Source of the DNA: an uncultured delta proteobacterium
GTDB taxonomy: Bacteria; Desulfobacterota; Desulfobacteria; Desulfobacterales; Desulfatirhabdiaceae
Direction: 5' to 3'
DNA: 64,000 bases
NCBI GenBank assembly: GCA_963789395.1
Contig: CAWBKP010000021.1
Coordinates: 32,001 to 96,000 of the forward strand
Shown in pieces: positions 9,622-19,707 of this stretch. The first letter of the stretch is position 1. The number at the start of each line of letters is the position of its first letter. Made by a program: the position numbers and the translations under genes. The notes beneath the pieces are model-generated. The model worked only from the letters and a program-made list of their open reading frames with translations, made no database searches and was not told the origin of the DNA.

Positions 9622-11122
9622 TTAGTACTTCATGTCCAGTTTAAACAGAAAATCGCTGTTCAATGATGAATCAGCGGCTGACGAGAGATCCGCCCCGGCC
9701 GGGTATGCCCATGAAGTCATGTTTTCCCATAATGGAGAGTTCGAGATTTTTTGAAAAATAATATCCCAGTTTAAGAGACATATCCATGGTATTTAACATG
9801 TCGGATCCTTTAAACAGCGAGTCCGCCATGTCCAGCTGATCCGCGTAATGCAGTGCCATGGAAACGGACCAGGGGCCTGTCATCGGTATTATTTTTGTAT
9901 TCAGGCCGAAGATGCGTTTGGGAACTTCCAGCGTGTCCTTGACTTGAGAATGTTGATCGTAATGCAGATACATAAAGGATGGTGTGATGCTGAGTCCTTC
10001 CAGCGGAGTGAATACGCTGGCCAGCTTAAAGCCGTGACGGAGTGTTGAAGACGAATCGTCCAATCGGTCTGCTGATGTAATGGCCAGTCATCATCCATCT
10101 CGCGGTCATAAACATTCCATGCGCTGGCTTTATCCAGTTTTTCCCGAATGGCGCTCATGCTGACGTTGCACGTGTCATTCCAGAAATTGTGACTGAGTTC
10201 AACTTCATACGTATACCGGTGACCATAATTAAACACATAGACTTCATTGTTCGCTTCGCGAAACGCGGAGGACCGGCCAAAATCACCAAAATCGTACGAG
10301 GGTCGGAATTCATCACGGGCATAAGATTTGATGTGGCCGGTATTGAGCGGAATGTCAAAGCTTCCCTGCAACTGCAGGGTTTCCATGCCTGTTTTGTCAA
10401 ATGACATCAACCGCTTGGTCCCGACCATACGGGATTTCCAGTGCTGGTCGTCCAGGCTGGATATCGTGATGCCGCTGCCGTTTGTGGCGTGGATGAAATT
10501 GCCATCCCCCAGATAAACCCCCACATGATTGATGCGTTTTTTTCGGGAGAAGAATACAAGATCACCGGTTTGAAGTTCGTCTTCGTCAATTTTTTGAAGC
10601 TTGGGGAAACTGAACTGGGCCGCGGAGTTGTGAGGCAGATCGATTCCAAAAAGATTGGCATAAATCGTTCTGGCGAATCCCGAGCAATCCATGCCGTTTA
10701 AACTGGTTCCCCCGCTTCGGTAGGGAATGCCAAGATATTCTTTCATTTCCGCCTGAAGTTTCTGCTCCGGAAAATCCGATGGAGAATATTGAAACGGGCT
10801 CGACTGGGATTCCTTGCCTCTGCTTGCGGTTACCGTTGGGGGCGACTTTCTTTTCGATAGGGAATGCTTCTTTGTATTGCGTTTTTTTTCAGTGGTTTTT
10901 TCGGAGAGTTTCGGAGTGGATTTTTTTTTCTGTCGGTTGGCACTGGATTTTTTATCAGCCGTCTTTACCGATATTTTGTGGCAATCGGTTTTCTTTGTGT
11001 CGGCGGGTTTTACTGGAGTCTGTTTGCCGTGGACAGGTGTGGTGGCAAGGATGAAAAGAAGGCAACAGACGACAGAAAAAAAGTATCTGAAAGCTTTTGA
11101 TATTAACGGTTTGGTTTTTCAT
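9622..11122 (-). CDS. Secreted NlpC/P60 (C40) endopeptidase with Lys-rich linker and probable C-terminal beta-barrel; three apparent 1-nt frameshifts (about 11115, 10075, 9702)
   Basis: Hydrophobic signal peptide, YLGIPYRSGG, DCSGF, GDLVFF, HVGVYLG, FIHA; reassembled C-terminus ends DFLFKLDMKY-TAA at 9622. Confidence 0.75.
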
Positions 11123-11473
11123 TGTTTCACATTCGTTGGTAACAAGATGAGGTGCCGGCAGAAAATCTATTACGTTGAACAGACAACCTGCCTCCTGGAC
11201 TCAGGATGTCAAACTGAACGAGCCAATGACAACATTACCAGTATTCTGTATTTCCTTTCAATGGGTTATCTGATATCTGAAGAGGTATTTTTCAGATACG
11301 GTGGGCACGAAAAGGCCTTTTGTGCGTGAACATAGAATATTTGGAAACACTTTGTCAATACCCAAGTCGCCAAAAAACGGCAGCCGATTCGGATGATGCT
11401 GCCAATCTTCCGTAAATTCAAAATATAACCGGGTCTGAATCATTGACTTATTCATGTGGTTTCAGGAGAGAAA

Positions 11474-11644
11474 ATGTCCGGTTATTTGCAGACGAAAGAT
11501 CAGATTGCACTGCCGGACGCGGTGCGGGAGTTCAACAAACGGGTTCCGCGCCGGCTTGTTCTGGATATGGACAAGGATGAGATCAGGTTTCCCTTGGAAT
11601 TTCTGCGGGAGGCGGGACGCCAAAGAGGCTTTTGTGGAAGCTGA
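11474..11644 (+). pseudogene. N-terminal fragment resembling an acyl-CoA dehydrogenase
   Basis: RBS AGGAG; DQIALPDAVREF...DMDKDEIRFPLEFLREAG resembles the first helices of acyl-CoA dehydrogenases; stops after 56 aa against the convergent gene. Confidence 0.5.
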
Positions 11645-11647
11645 CAC

Positions 11648-12099
11648 CTAATCTTTGATGGATTCTAAATGATCCATGGATCGGGAAATCAATTGAATAA
11701 TGCGCTCTCTGGAATACAAGGGCCCGCTGCCGATTCCCGGGCATTGACAGAGGGCTTTTTCCCATTGCTGAATGGATCGCATCTGGCTGAACCAGAAGGG
11801 GTAAGTGCGGCACTGGAGCGGCCGGACCGGGTAAATCCGGCAGCCCTGGTCATAGAACCGGCAGCTGCCGTCAGTTTCCTCGACAATGCTGAAACCCGAT
11901 GCAATCGGCCGCAGATGAATCCGGACCAGATCGGGTAGGGACAGCTTCAGGAAATCGGCCAGAATTCGATTTCCTGCTCGCTGATGCGGATGATGCCGGG
12001 GTCTCCCGTGCAGCAGGTTCCGCAGCGCCGGCATTCAAATCGAATTCCAGCATCAAAAAAATACCGGCAATGATAGTGATTGTCAGGGTTGCATTTCAT
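11648..12099 (-). CDS. YkgJ family CxxCxxCC cysteine-cluster protein; apparent frameshift about 11965
   Basis: IRFECRRCGTCCTG in one frame, then CRFYDQGCRIYPVRPLQCRTYPFW in the next. Confidence 0.85.
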
Positions 12100-12868
12100 A
12101 TGGGTTTCGATCTATAAAAACATCATTAATAAGCGGGAACATCACGTTGTCCGGTTCTTTACCGGCGTCCTCACAGGCAGTGACGTATGCGGTGCCTTCA
12201 GCAATTTTCCACAGCACATTGAAGTCATACACCTTCATGCCGAAATGGCTTTTTTGAGGTGCGGCTTTGTAATAGGCGGGTCTGGGGTCCATTTTGAGCA
12301 ATTGTTCGATGAGCAGCATCAGCCCCGGGTATCCGGACTGTTCTTTTTCATGGCAGAAGGCACTGGCTTGCGGGCTGAAATCGACCCGCACGGGGGCTTC
12401 CGGGATATTCGATGCAAATCCGCCGCAGGCATTGGAAATGGCGTCGGCATAGGGCAGATACGGCTTGATGTCCAGAACCGGGGTGCCGTCCATCAGGTCG
12501 ATGCCGCTCAGGTAAAGACGGGTTTCTTTCTTTTCCCGGACAATTTTATCGAGCCGGACCGCCGACAGGCCGATGGGATTGGGCCGGAATCCGGAACGGG
12601 TTGAAAAAACCCCGGTCCTGCGGTTTCCGCCAAGCCGGGGCGGGCGGACGGTCGCCTTCCAGGTGTCCCGCATGCCGGAATGGAAGACAAATATGACCCA
12701 GATATGGGAAAAATCCGCCAATCCTTTAAATGCTTCCATCTGATCGAAAGGTGAAAACATTTTCAGTACGGCGCGGGCTTCCGTTGCCAGGCCGGGCTGG
12801 CGGGGAATGCCGAATTTTTCCTTGAAACAGGAATCGATGATGCCGATCGGTTCAAACGAGTATTCCAT
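12083..12868 (-). CDS. tsaA: tRNA t6A37 N6-methyltransferase TrmO (TsaA)
   Basis: KFGIPRQPGL, VRPPRLGGN, GVFSTRS, RPNPIGLS, DGTPVLDIKPY, DPRPAY. Confidence 0.93.
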   Translation of the reverse strand: MEYSFEPIGIIDSCFKEKFGIPRQPGLATEARAVLKMFSPFDQMEAFKGLADFSHIWVIFVFHSGMRDTWKATVRPPRLGGNRRTGVFSTRSGFRPNPIGLSAVRLDKIVREKKETRLYLSGIDLMDGTPVLDIKPYLPYADAISNACGGFASNIPEAPVRVDFSPQASAFCHEKEQSGYPGLMLLIEQLLKMDPRPAYYKAAPQKSHFGMKVYDFNVLWKIAEGTAYVTACEDAGKEPDNVMFPLINDVFIDRNPYEMQP

Positions 12869-12876
12869 GGGGAATC

Positions 12877-12906
12877 ATTATAACGGACGTTTTTGATAAA
12901 TGTCAA
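12877..12906 (-). promoter_or_regulatory. Consensus sigma70 promoter of trmO
   Basis: TTGACA(12906-12901)-18 nt-TATAAT(12882-12877), 8 nt before ATG 12868. Confidence 0.75.
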
Positions 12907-12972
12907 AATTCCTTTTCTTTCAACGGCCGTGGCAAGACGGTGGAAAGTGTATTCAGATAAAGGAGCGCGATC

Positions 12973-14742
12973 ATGACAGCGACAGCTTCATATTTTCGAA
13001 ACATGCCTTTGGCGACATTGACCCGGGTGGCATCGGGCCTGGATGATGCGGATCTGGCAATCCTGAACGCCCGGGTAGTCAATGTGTATTCCGGAGAGAT
13101 TCTCCATAACTGTTCTGTCGGAATCAAGGGCGAATGGATTGCCTGGGTGGGGGATGCCCCGAAGAAAGTGGATGAAACCCGTACCCGGGTCATCGATGCC
13201 ACGGGAAAAACCGTGATTCCAGGCTTAATCGACGGCCATACCCACATGGCCTGGCTTACGGACCCGGCTGAATTTCTGCAAATCGCCATGAAAGGCGGCA
13301 TGACAACGCTGATCACCGAGACCATGGAAACCTTTCCGATCCGGGGCAGCGCCGGGGTAAAGGAGTTTCTGGCAGCTCTCAAAAACCAGCCGATTAAAAT
13401 ATTCACTACGGCGCCGGCCATGGTTTCCATCAGCGGAAAAACCAGGGGAATGCCCGTTGATGTGCTTGAAGCGTTGCTCGACCAGGAAGGAATGGTCGGT
13501 ATGGGGGAGTCATACTGGCAGGCCGTCATTCAGGACCCTGAAATATTTCTGCCGATGTTCGGCCGGGTGCTGGCTTCCGGCAAACTGCTGGAAGGCCATT
13601 CCGCAGGCGCAAGCGGTAAAAAGCTCATGGCGTATGCAGCCGCCGGTGTGTCTTCCTGCCATGAGCCCATTTCGGCCGAAGAAGTCCTTTCCCGCCTCCG
13701 GCTGGGGCTCTATGTCATGATCCGTGAAGGCAGCATTCGAAGGGATCTGGAGGCAATCTCGAAAATCAGGGAGTTTAATGTTGATTTCAGGCGGCTGATT
13801 CTGGTCACCGATGGCGTGACGCCGTCGGATTTGATCCACAAGGGGTATATGGAATATGTGGTGCAAAAAGCCATTGATTGCGGCTTCGGCGCCGTTACCG
13901 CCATTCAGATGGCGACCTTGAACGTGGCGGAGCATTTTGGCCTGGATGCCCTTGTCGGCGGTATTGCTCCTGCAAAACACGCCGATATGCTGATTATCCC
14001 GGATCCTGCCAGGATTGTTCCCGAGGTCGTGATCAGCAGGGGAAGGGTGGTGGCGGAAAACGGACAGGCTCTCGTACATCCCCGGCGGCATGCGTTTTCA
14101 CAGCAAAGCCTTGCCAGTGTCCATATCCCGGAGGCTTTAAAGCCCGCTGATTTTTCAATCCTCGCCCCGCAGGATACGCCGATTGTCCGGGTTCGGATCA
14201 TTGATATGATCACAGAACTGGTCACCCAGGAACTGCAGGCGGAGATGCCGGTTACGGGCGGAGAAATCCTTGCCGATACCGGAAAAGACATCATCAAGGT
14301 GGCGGCGATCGACCGCGTGCATGAGCCCGGAAAACGCTTTGCGGGCCTTATCCATGGAATCGGCATGAAATCCGGGGCCTTTGCTTCGAGCGCCGCCTGG
14401 GATACATCGGACATCATCGTGGTGGGGGCATCGGATGCAGACATGGCCCTTGCGGTAAACCGCATCCGGGAATTGCAGGGCGGCGCCGTTGTCTGCGATC
14501 AGGGTGCGGTTCTGGCCGAGGTGGCGCTACCGGTGATGGGTATCATGGCCCAGATTCCCGTTCTGGAGATGGCCCGGCAACTGGACGCCTTCGGGACCGC
14601 CATCGGTACCCTGGGGGTGAAGTTTTCCGATCCGCTGTTGACCCTTGTCACCCTGACCGGTGCGGCCATACCGTATTTAAGAATTTGTGATGACGGCCTG
14701 GTGAACCTGAAGAACGGCGTCACCACCGGACTCTGGATTTAA
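12973..14742 (+). CDS. ade: Adenine deaminase family amidohydrolase
   Basis: PGLIDGHTH, LEGHSAG, SCHE, IREGS, LVTDG, AIQMATLN and a C-terminal adenine deaminase domain. Confidence 0.85.
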   Translation: MTATASYFRNMPLATLTRVASGLDDADLAILNARVVNVYSGEILHNCSVGIKGEWIAWVGDAPKKVDETRTRVIDATGKTVIPGLIDGHTHMAWLTDPAEFLQIAMKGGMTTLITETMETFPIRGSAGVKEFLAALKNQPIKIFTTAPAMVSISGKTRGMPVDVLEALLDQEGMVGMGESYWQAVIQDPEIFLPMFGRVLASGKLLEGHSAGASGKKLMAYAAAGVSSCHEPISAEEVLSRLRLGLYVMIREGSIRRDLEAISKIREFNVDFRRLILVTDGVTPSDLIHKGYMEYVVQKAIDCGFGAVTAIQMATLNVAEHFGLDALVGGIAPAKHADMLIIPDPARIVPEVVISRGRVVAENGQALVHPRRHAFSQQSLASVHIPEALKPADFSILAPQDTPIVRVRIIDMITELVTQELQAEMPVTGGEILADTGKDIIKVAAIDRVHEPGKRFAGLIHGIGMKSGAFASSAAWDTSDIIVVGASDADMALAVNRIRELQGGAVVCDQGAVLAEVALPVMGIMAQIPVLEMARQLDAFGTAIGTLGVKFSDPLLTLVTLTGAAIPYLRICDDGLVNLKNGVTTGLWI

Positions 14743-14745
14743 CCC

Positions 14746-15550
14746 ATGCAAAACTTGGCAACCACGAGCTGTAAGACGGTTTCCGCTATCCCTGGATCCG
14801 GCCGATCCATTACGCTTTTTGTCCAGTGTCTGGTCGACAGTCTCTTTCCCGAGGTGAAGGATGCGGTGGAGACTATTTTTCACCGGATGGGGGGTGATGT
14901 CATCTGCCCGAAGGATCAGACCTGCTGCGGCCAGCCGGCATTTAATGCGGGGTACCGGAAAGAGGCCAGAAAAGCGGCCGCCAGATTCATTGATATTTTC
15001 GGCAATGCTGAAATCATTGTCTGTCCTTCAGGCTCTTGCGTGAACATGGTCCGGCATCATTATCCGCTCCTGTTTGAAAATGACCCGAAATACTATCCCA
15101 AAGCCGTTGAGATAGGAAGCCGCATCTTCGAACTGACGGAGTTTCTTGTGGATGTGCTCCGGGTGGAGGATCTCGGCGCGTCTTTTCCGGGCAAGGTGAC
15201 CTATCACGACTCCTGTCACCTGCTACGGGGCATTGCTGTTCGATCCCAGCCCCGGCGGCTGATCCGGAGCGTTGAGGGGGCAACCCTTGTTGAAATGAAG
15301 GATTCCGACCGGTGCTGTGGTTTCGGGGGAAGTTTTTTCCTGAAATACCCGGAGATCTCGGCGGCCATGGTATCCGACAAGGTCAGGGCAGTTATCGATT
15401 CCGGAGCCGATGTCGTCGTGGGCTGCGACATGGGGTGCCTGATGCGGATTCAAAAACAGCTGATCCGCCTCGGGTCAGACATCAAGGCCCTGCATATCGC
15501 TCAGCTCCTCGGCGATGCGTTTGTAAAAGTCATCAGGAAAGCAGATACAT
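14746..15550 (+). CDS. lutA: LutA/LldE CCG-domain Fe-S protein (3' end uncertain; the frame runs on to 15783 over lutB)
   Basis: QTCCGQPAFNAG, PSGSC, YHDSCH, CCGFGG, DMGCLM, HIAQLL. Confidence 0.88.
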
Positions 15551-16838
15551 GCAACCGTATATCGATGAGGCCAGAAAGGCCATTTCAAATTCCGTGCTTC
15601 AGGCGGCGCTGGTCAATCTTCAGGAACGGCTGGGAAAGGGGGCGGCCGCTGCCTACCTCAATCTTGCCGAAGGGCCGGATCTTCGTTACAAAGCCCATGA
15701 ACTGCGTATGCAGGCTATCAACAACCTGGATCTGCTGCTGGAAACACTGGCCGTTCAGGTTGAAAAAAACGGGGGCCGGGTGATCTTTGCCGAAGATGCA
15801 AGGGCTGCGGTCGAAGCCTGTAGGGACATTGCCCGAAAGCACGGGGTGCGGGCCGTGGTCAAGGGGAAATCCATGGTGACCGAAGAAATCGGTCTGAATT
15901 CCGGCCTGATCGCGGACGGCATCGAGGTGACTGAAACGGATCTTGGGGAATACATCGTGCAGCTGGCGGCGGAACATCCTTCCCATATCATTGCGCCGGC
16001 CATACATAAGACGCGAAACGACATCGGGGCACTTTTTGCTGAAAAACTGGGCATCCCTTACATCAATGACCCGCCGGCACTGACCCTGGCAGCCAGAAAA
16101 GCCCTTCGGGAGAAATTTCTGGCCGCGGACATGGGCATTACCGGGTGCAACCTGGCCTGCGCGGAAACCGGGCATATCGCCATTCTTTCCAATGAAGGCA
16201 ACATCCGCATGGCCACCACGCTTCCCAAAGTTCATGTGGCTGTCATGGGCATGGAACGCGTGGCCGCAACGCTTGAAGATCATGATGTGCTGTTAAGACT
16301 GCTTGCAAGGGGGGCCGCGGGTCAGAAGATGGCCGGCTATGTCAGTCATATCAGCGGTCCCAGCCGGCCCGGTCATTCGGACGGCCCGGAAAGCTATTAC
16401 CTGATCATACTGGATAACGGCCGCAGCCGGATTCTGGCGGATGAAAGATTCCGGGAAATTCTCTGCTGCATCCGCTGCGGAGCCTGCCTCAATGTCTGTC
16501 CGGTTTATGCCAAAATCGGTGGGCATGCCTATGGTGGGGCTTATTGCGGTCCGATCGGTGCGGTGGTGACCCCGCTTTTGGCAGGCGTCAACCGCTCCAG
16601 GGACCTGTGTCTGGGAGAAACCCTCTGCGGGGCCTGCCGGGAAGCCTGCCCGGTTCATATCGATATCCCCAGGATGCTTCTGGAATTAAGGTCCATGCTG
16701 GCCGACGGAGATCCGTCCTGGCAGGTGCGGCGAAACAGCCTGATGGAAAAGGCAGGATGGATGATCTGGTCCTGGATGATGCAGGATCGTAGACGCTTTG
16801 AACTGGGCAGCCAATTGATGAAACGGATATTTCCATGA
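15549..16838 (+). CDS. lutB: LutB/LldF lactate utilisation Fe-S protein
   Basis: VKGKSMVTEEI, ETDLGEYI, PSHIIAPAIH, NEGN, CIRCGACLNVCPVY, CGACREACPV. Confidence 0.92.
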   Translation: MQPYIDEARKAISNSVLQAALVNLQERLGKGAAAAYLNLAEGPDLRYKAHELRMQAINNLDLLLETLAVQVEKNGGRVIFAEDARAAVEACRDIARKHGVRAVVKGKSMVTEEIGLNSGLIADGIEVTETDLGEYIVQLAAEHPSHIIAPAIHKTRNDIGALFAEKLGIPYINDPPALTLAARKALREKFLAADMGITGCNLACAETGHIAILSNEGNIRMATTLPKVHVAVMGMERVAATLEDHDVLLRLLARGAAGQKMAGYVSHISGPSRPGHSDGPESYYLIILDNGRSRILADERFREILCCIRCGACLNVCPVYAKIGGHAYGGAYCGPIGAVVTPLLAGVNRSRDLCLGETLCGACREACPVHIDIPRMLLELRSMLADGDPSWQVRRNSLMEKAGWMIWSWMMQDRRRFELGSQLMKRIFP

Positions 16839-17603
16839 ACCCTGAGCCTGTTATAAATCAGAGGCGTTTTCTTCAGAAGATCCGGACCGCCCTGGTACGG
16901 CACCCGGCGGAAGGCAGAAAATTTTCGGAGGTGTTTTCCGGAGATGAAAGCCAACTCCGCTCTTTTGCTGAACAAAATTAAAAGCCGGTCAGCCTTTGAC
17001 AGAAAGCGGCTGCTGGATCGCCTGATTTGCGAAGGCAGCCTGCTGAATCTAAGGGCGATTCCCGTCCCGAGCTTGGCAGAGGCCGCACAGGCCATTACAG
17101 AACTGGCGACGAATCGGATGCCTGAATGGAGCGATGCCCCAAGTCTGGTCGCCTGGCGGCATCCGCTGATCGACGGCCTGGATTTGCCTGAGCGCCTGAA
17201 GCGTCAGGGAATTCCGGTTTATGTGCCGGATCCGGAGACGGCTGATCCCGGCCTGTTTCGATTTCAGGCGCAAACCGCGCTGATCGGTGTGACTGCCGCG
17301 GACTATTGCATTGTCGAATCTGCAAGTCTGGTTCTGAAAACCCGTCCCGGACAGCCCGGAATGGTTTCGCTGCTGCCGTCCATTCATGTGGCGGTGATTT
17401 GCGAAGAAGATCTGCTGGAAAGCCTTGCCGAATGCTACGCCCTGGTGAAACAGGAACCGGATGCGGAAAAAGAAGGCATGACACGCTGCATGACGTTGAT
17501 CTCCGGCCCCAGCAAAACCGCAGACATCGAGGCGGTCATGGTTCACGGGGCACACGGACCGCGAGAAGTGATCATCTACGTGGTTTCCGGCAATGAGTTT
17601 TGA
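16835..17603 (+). CDS. lutC: LutC/LldG (LUD domain) protein; apparent frameshift about 16960
   Basis: ATG 16835 overlaps the lutB stop; SLLPSIHVAV, ISGPSKTADIE, HGAHGP. Confidence 0.88.
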
Positions 17604-17628
17604 CACGGAAAATTTTTGAGGATATCCG

Positions 17629-18796
17629 ATGAACATACTGATTTTCGGAAACTGCATAACCGAACGATGCCTGCAATATCGAAAAAACCAGGACTATCTC
17701 AGCGTTTCCGGACGTAAAAAAGTGTTGGCCTTATCAAAAACAATTGAGGAGCTGGGGCATACGGTTGATATTTGCTCGATATCGTATTCAAAACATACCC
17801 ATCGTGTATTTATCGAAAACCTGTCCAAAAAAAGCCGGTTAATACACGCGCCGACGCTCGGAATCAAGGGCAAGCTCAGTTTTTTTAAACGAACCGTCGG
17901 TACGATGTTTAACCTATTCTGGCTCATTTCACATTTCAGAAATTACGATGCCATTATTTTCTGGAATTATCATTTCGAGTTCAGCTTTCCCGCCTTGATG
18001 GGTAAATGGATATTCGGAATGAAAGCGATTATGGACTATGAAGACGGGCTGTTTCTGGATAAAGGCTATCAGGGAACGTTTTACCGATTCTGGGAAAAAA
18101 CGGTTTGCCATCATTCTTCCGGCTTTATTCTGGTAAATGAGCGCCTGAAATTTCGGTTGGAACACCATATGGAACCGGAAAAACCATCTGTTACCGTTCA
18201 TGGATTTATTGATGGTGAGTTGCTGAAAAAGCATAAAAAACTGGGAAAAAGTCCTGTTAAGCGGATCGTCTTTTCCGGGAATTTTTCTGCCGGATTCGGA
18301 TTTCAGGAACTGCTCGGGTATGTGGATAATTTGCCCGATGACATGCTGTTTGATATTACGGGAAAAGCCTCGAAAAAAGAAGTAAACGAATTGAAAGACC
18401 ATATCGCACGCCGCACGAATGTTCAGTATCATGGATTTGTGGATGAGAATAAATTTTCGGAAATAGTTGAAAAAGCCGATGCATTCGTCCTGTTGAACGA
18501 CACCATGTCCGCCTTTAATCAAACGAATTTTCCGTCGAAATTCTTCGATTATCTGTCTCGAAACAAATTTATCCTGACCACTCAAAATGCCTTGTTAACG
18601 CCATACCGAAAACTAAATAATGTCGTGATGATAAACAATTTCCCGCTTGGTATCAAACAATTGCATGAAATGACCCTGTCCCGCGCAGACGGATTATCCG
18701 CAAATCAAGGCCTTGGAGCTGGACACGGTCAAACGATTGCAGGAATTTCTCGAGCTGTTTGATATTCGCGACATGAACAAGGCAGGCAACCAATAA
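17629..18796 (+). CDS. GT-B glycosyltransferase (family 4-like); called frame stops at 18762, probable frameshift about 18685 with true stop at 18796
   Basis: LGHTVDIC, IVFSGN, VQYHGFV, FPSKFFDYL; the alternate frame gives a plausible terminal helix TVKRLQEFLEL. Confidence 0.8.
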
Positions 18797-18817
18797 ATTT
18801 CATCTCCATGCCCCTTC

Positions 18818-19528
18818 TCAATGGATCCCTCTTTTTGCTTTCACCCATTGCTTAATCATTCGAAACGGCAGGCCAAGATACATTTTTCTGATGAGTTCAT
18901 ATTGAGAAACCGTTTTTTCTCCTGAATATCGCATCTGTTTCGGGATATACCAATTGTTACATCCGCAGCGGTTTACAATTTTATACCCTTTAGACTTCAA
19001 AAATCCGTGTTTTTTCAAGTTATGACAATGGTCTTCAATCAGGATCATTTTGGGCCGGTATTTTTGAAAATCGAATGCTTGTAAAGCGGGAATTTCCATT
19101 CCTTCGATATCGATAGATAAAAAATCGATTCGGTTACAGTCCGCCTCAATTAAGATGTCATTCAGGGTTCTTACGTGAACGATTTGATAAGCATTACCAT
19201 CACTGGGTTTATCAAATACCAGTTCGCTTTCAGCCGGATCATCCTTTACCAATAGATAGGCACTGCCTGTTTTATCAGACGAAGACACGGCCGACTCGAA
19301 TACCAGACTGTTTTTTCTGTGTTCTTTCAACAAAGCCGCCAAATGCGGCAATGGCTCAATTAATATGCCGTGCCATCCATTTGTTTCCAATAACCAGGTT
19401 TGACTCAACTTTGTCGGATGGTTGGCGCCGATTTCCAGGAAAAAACCTTTTGTGATGGGCAATGAAGAGAAATATTCAAAAATGATCCTGTCTTCGCCGA
19501 ATTGTGAGTATGACTCCATAGAATTCAA
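18818..19528 (-). CDS. FkbM family methyltransferase
   Basis: YSQFGED, FLEIGAN, WHGILIEP, IDFLSIDIEGME. Confidence 0.9.
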   Translation of the reverse strand: MNSMESYSQFGEDRIIFEYFSSLPITKGFFLEIGANHPTKLSQTWLLETNGWHGILIEPLPHLAALLKEHRKNSLVFESAVSSSDKTGSAYLLVKDDPAESELVFDKPSDGNAYQIVHVRTLNDILIEADCNRIDFLSIDIEGMEIPALQAFDFQKYRPKMILIEDHCHNLKKHGFLKSKGYKIVNRCGCNNWYIPKQMRYSGEKTVSQYELIRKMYLGLPFRMIKQWVKAKRGIH

Positions 19529-19707
19529 CCTTTTATTTTTTTAAACATGTCCGGGTTTTGCGTTTTTGCCGCCTCCATCTGCTTGCGTTCCTGGCGATTT
19601 CCGGCTAATTCCGATATCGAAAGGTTGTTTTTGCCAAGGGTCTAAAACTGAATAACCCGGCCCGGGCCTCCAGCGCCGATCCCGGCGGAAAGGCCCGATC
19701 GTCTGTT

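Noticed and set aside
11123..11450. Possible cyclic-dinucleotide riboswitch upstream of the NlpC/P60 gene
   Set aside because: No recognisable consensus by eye
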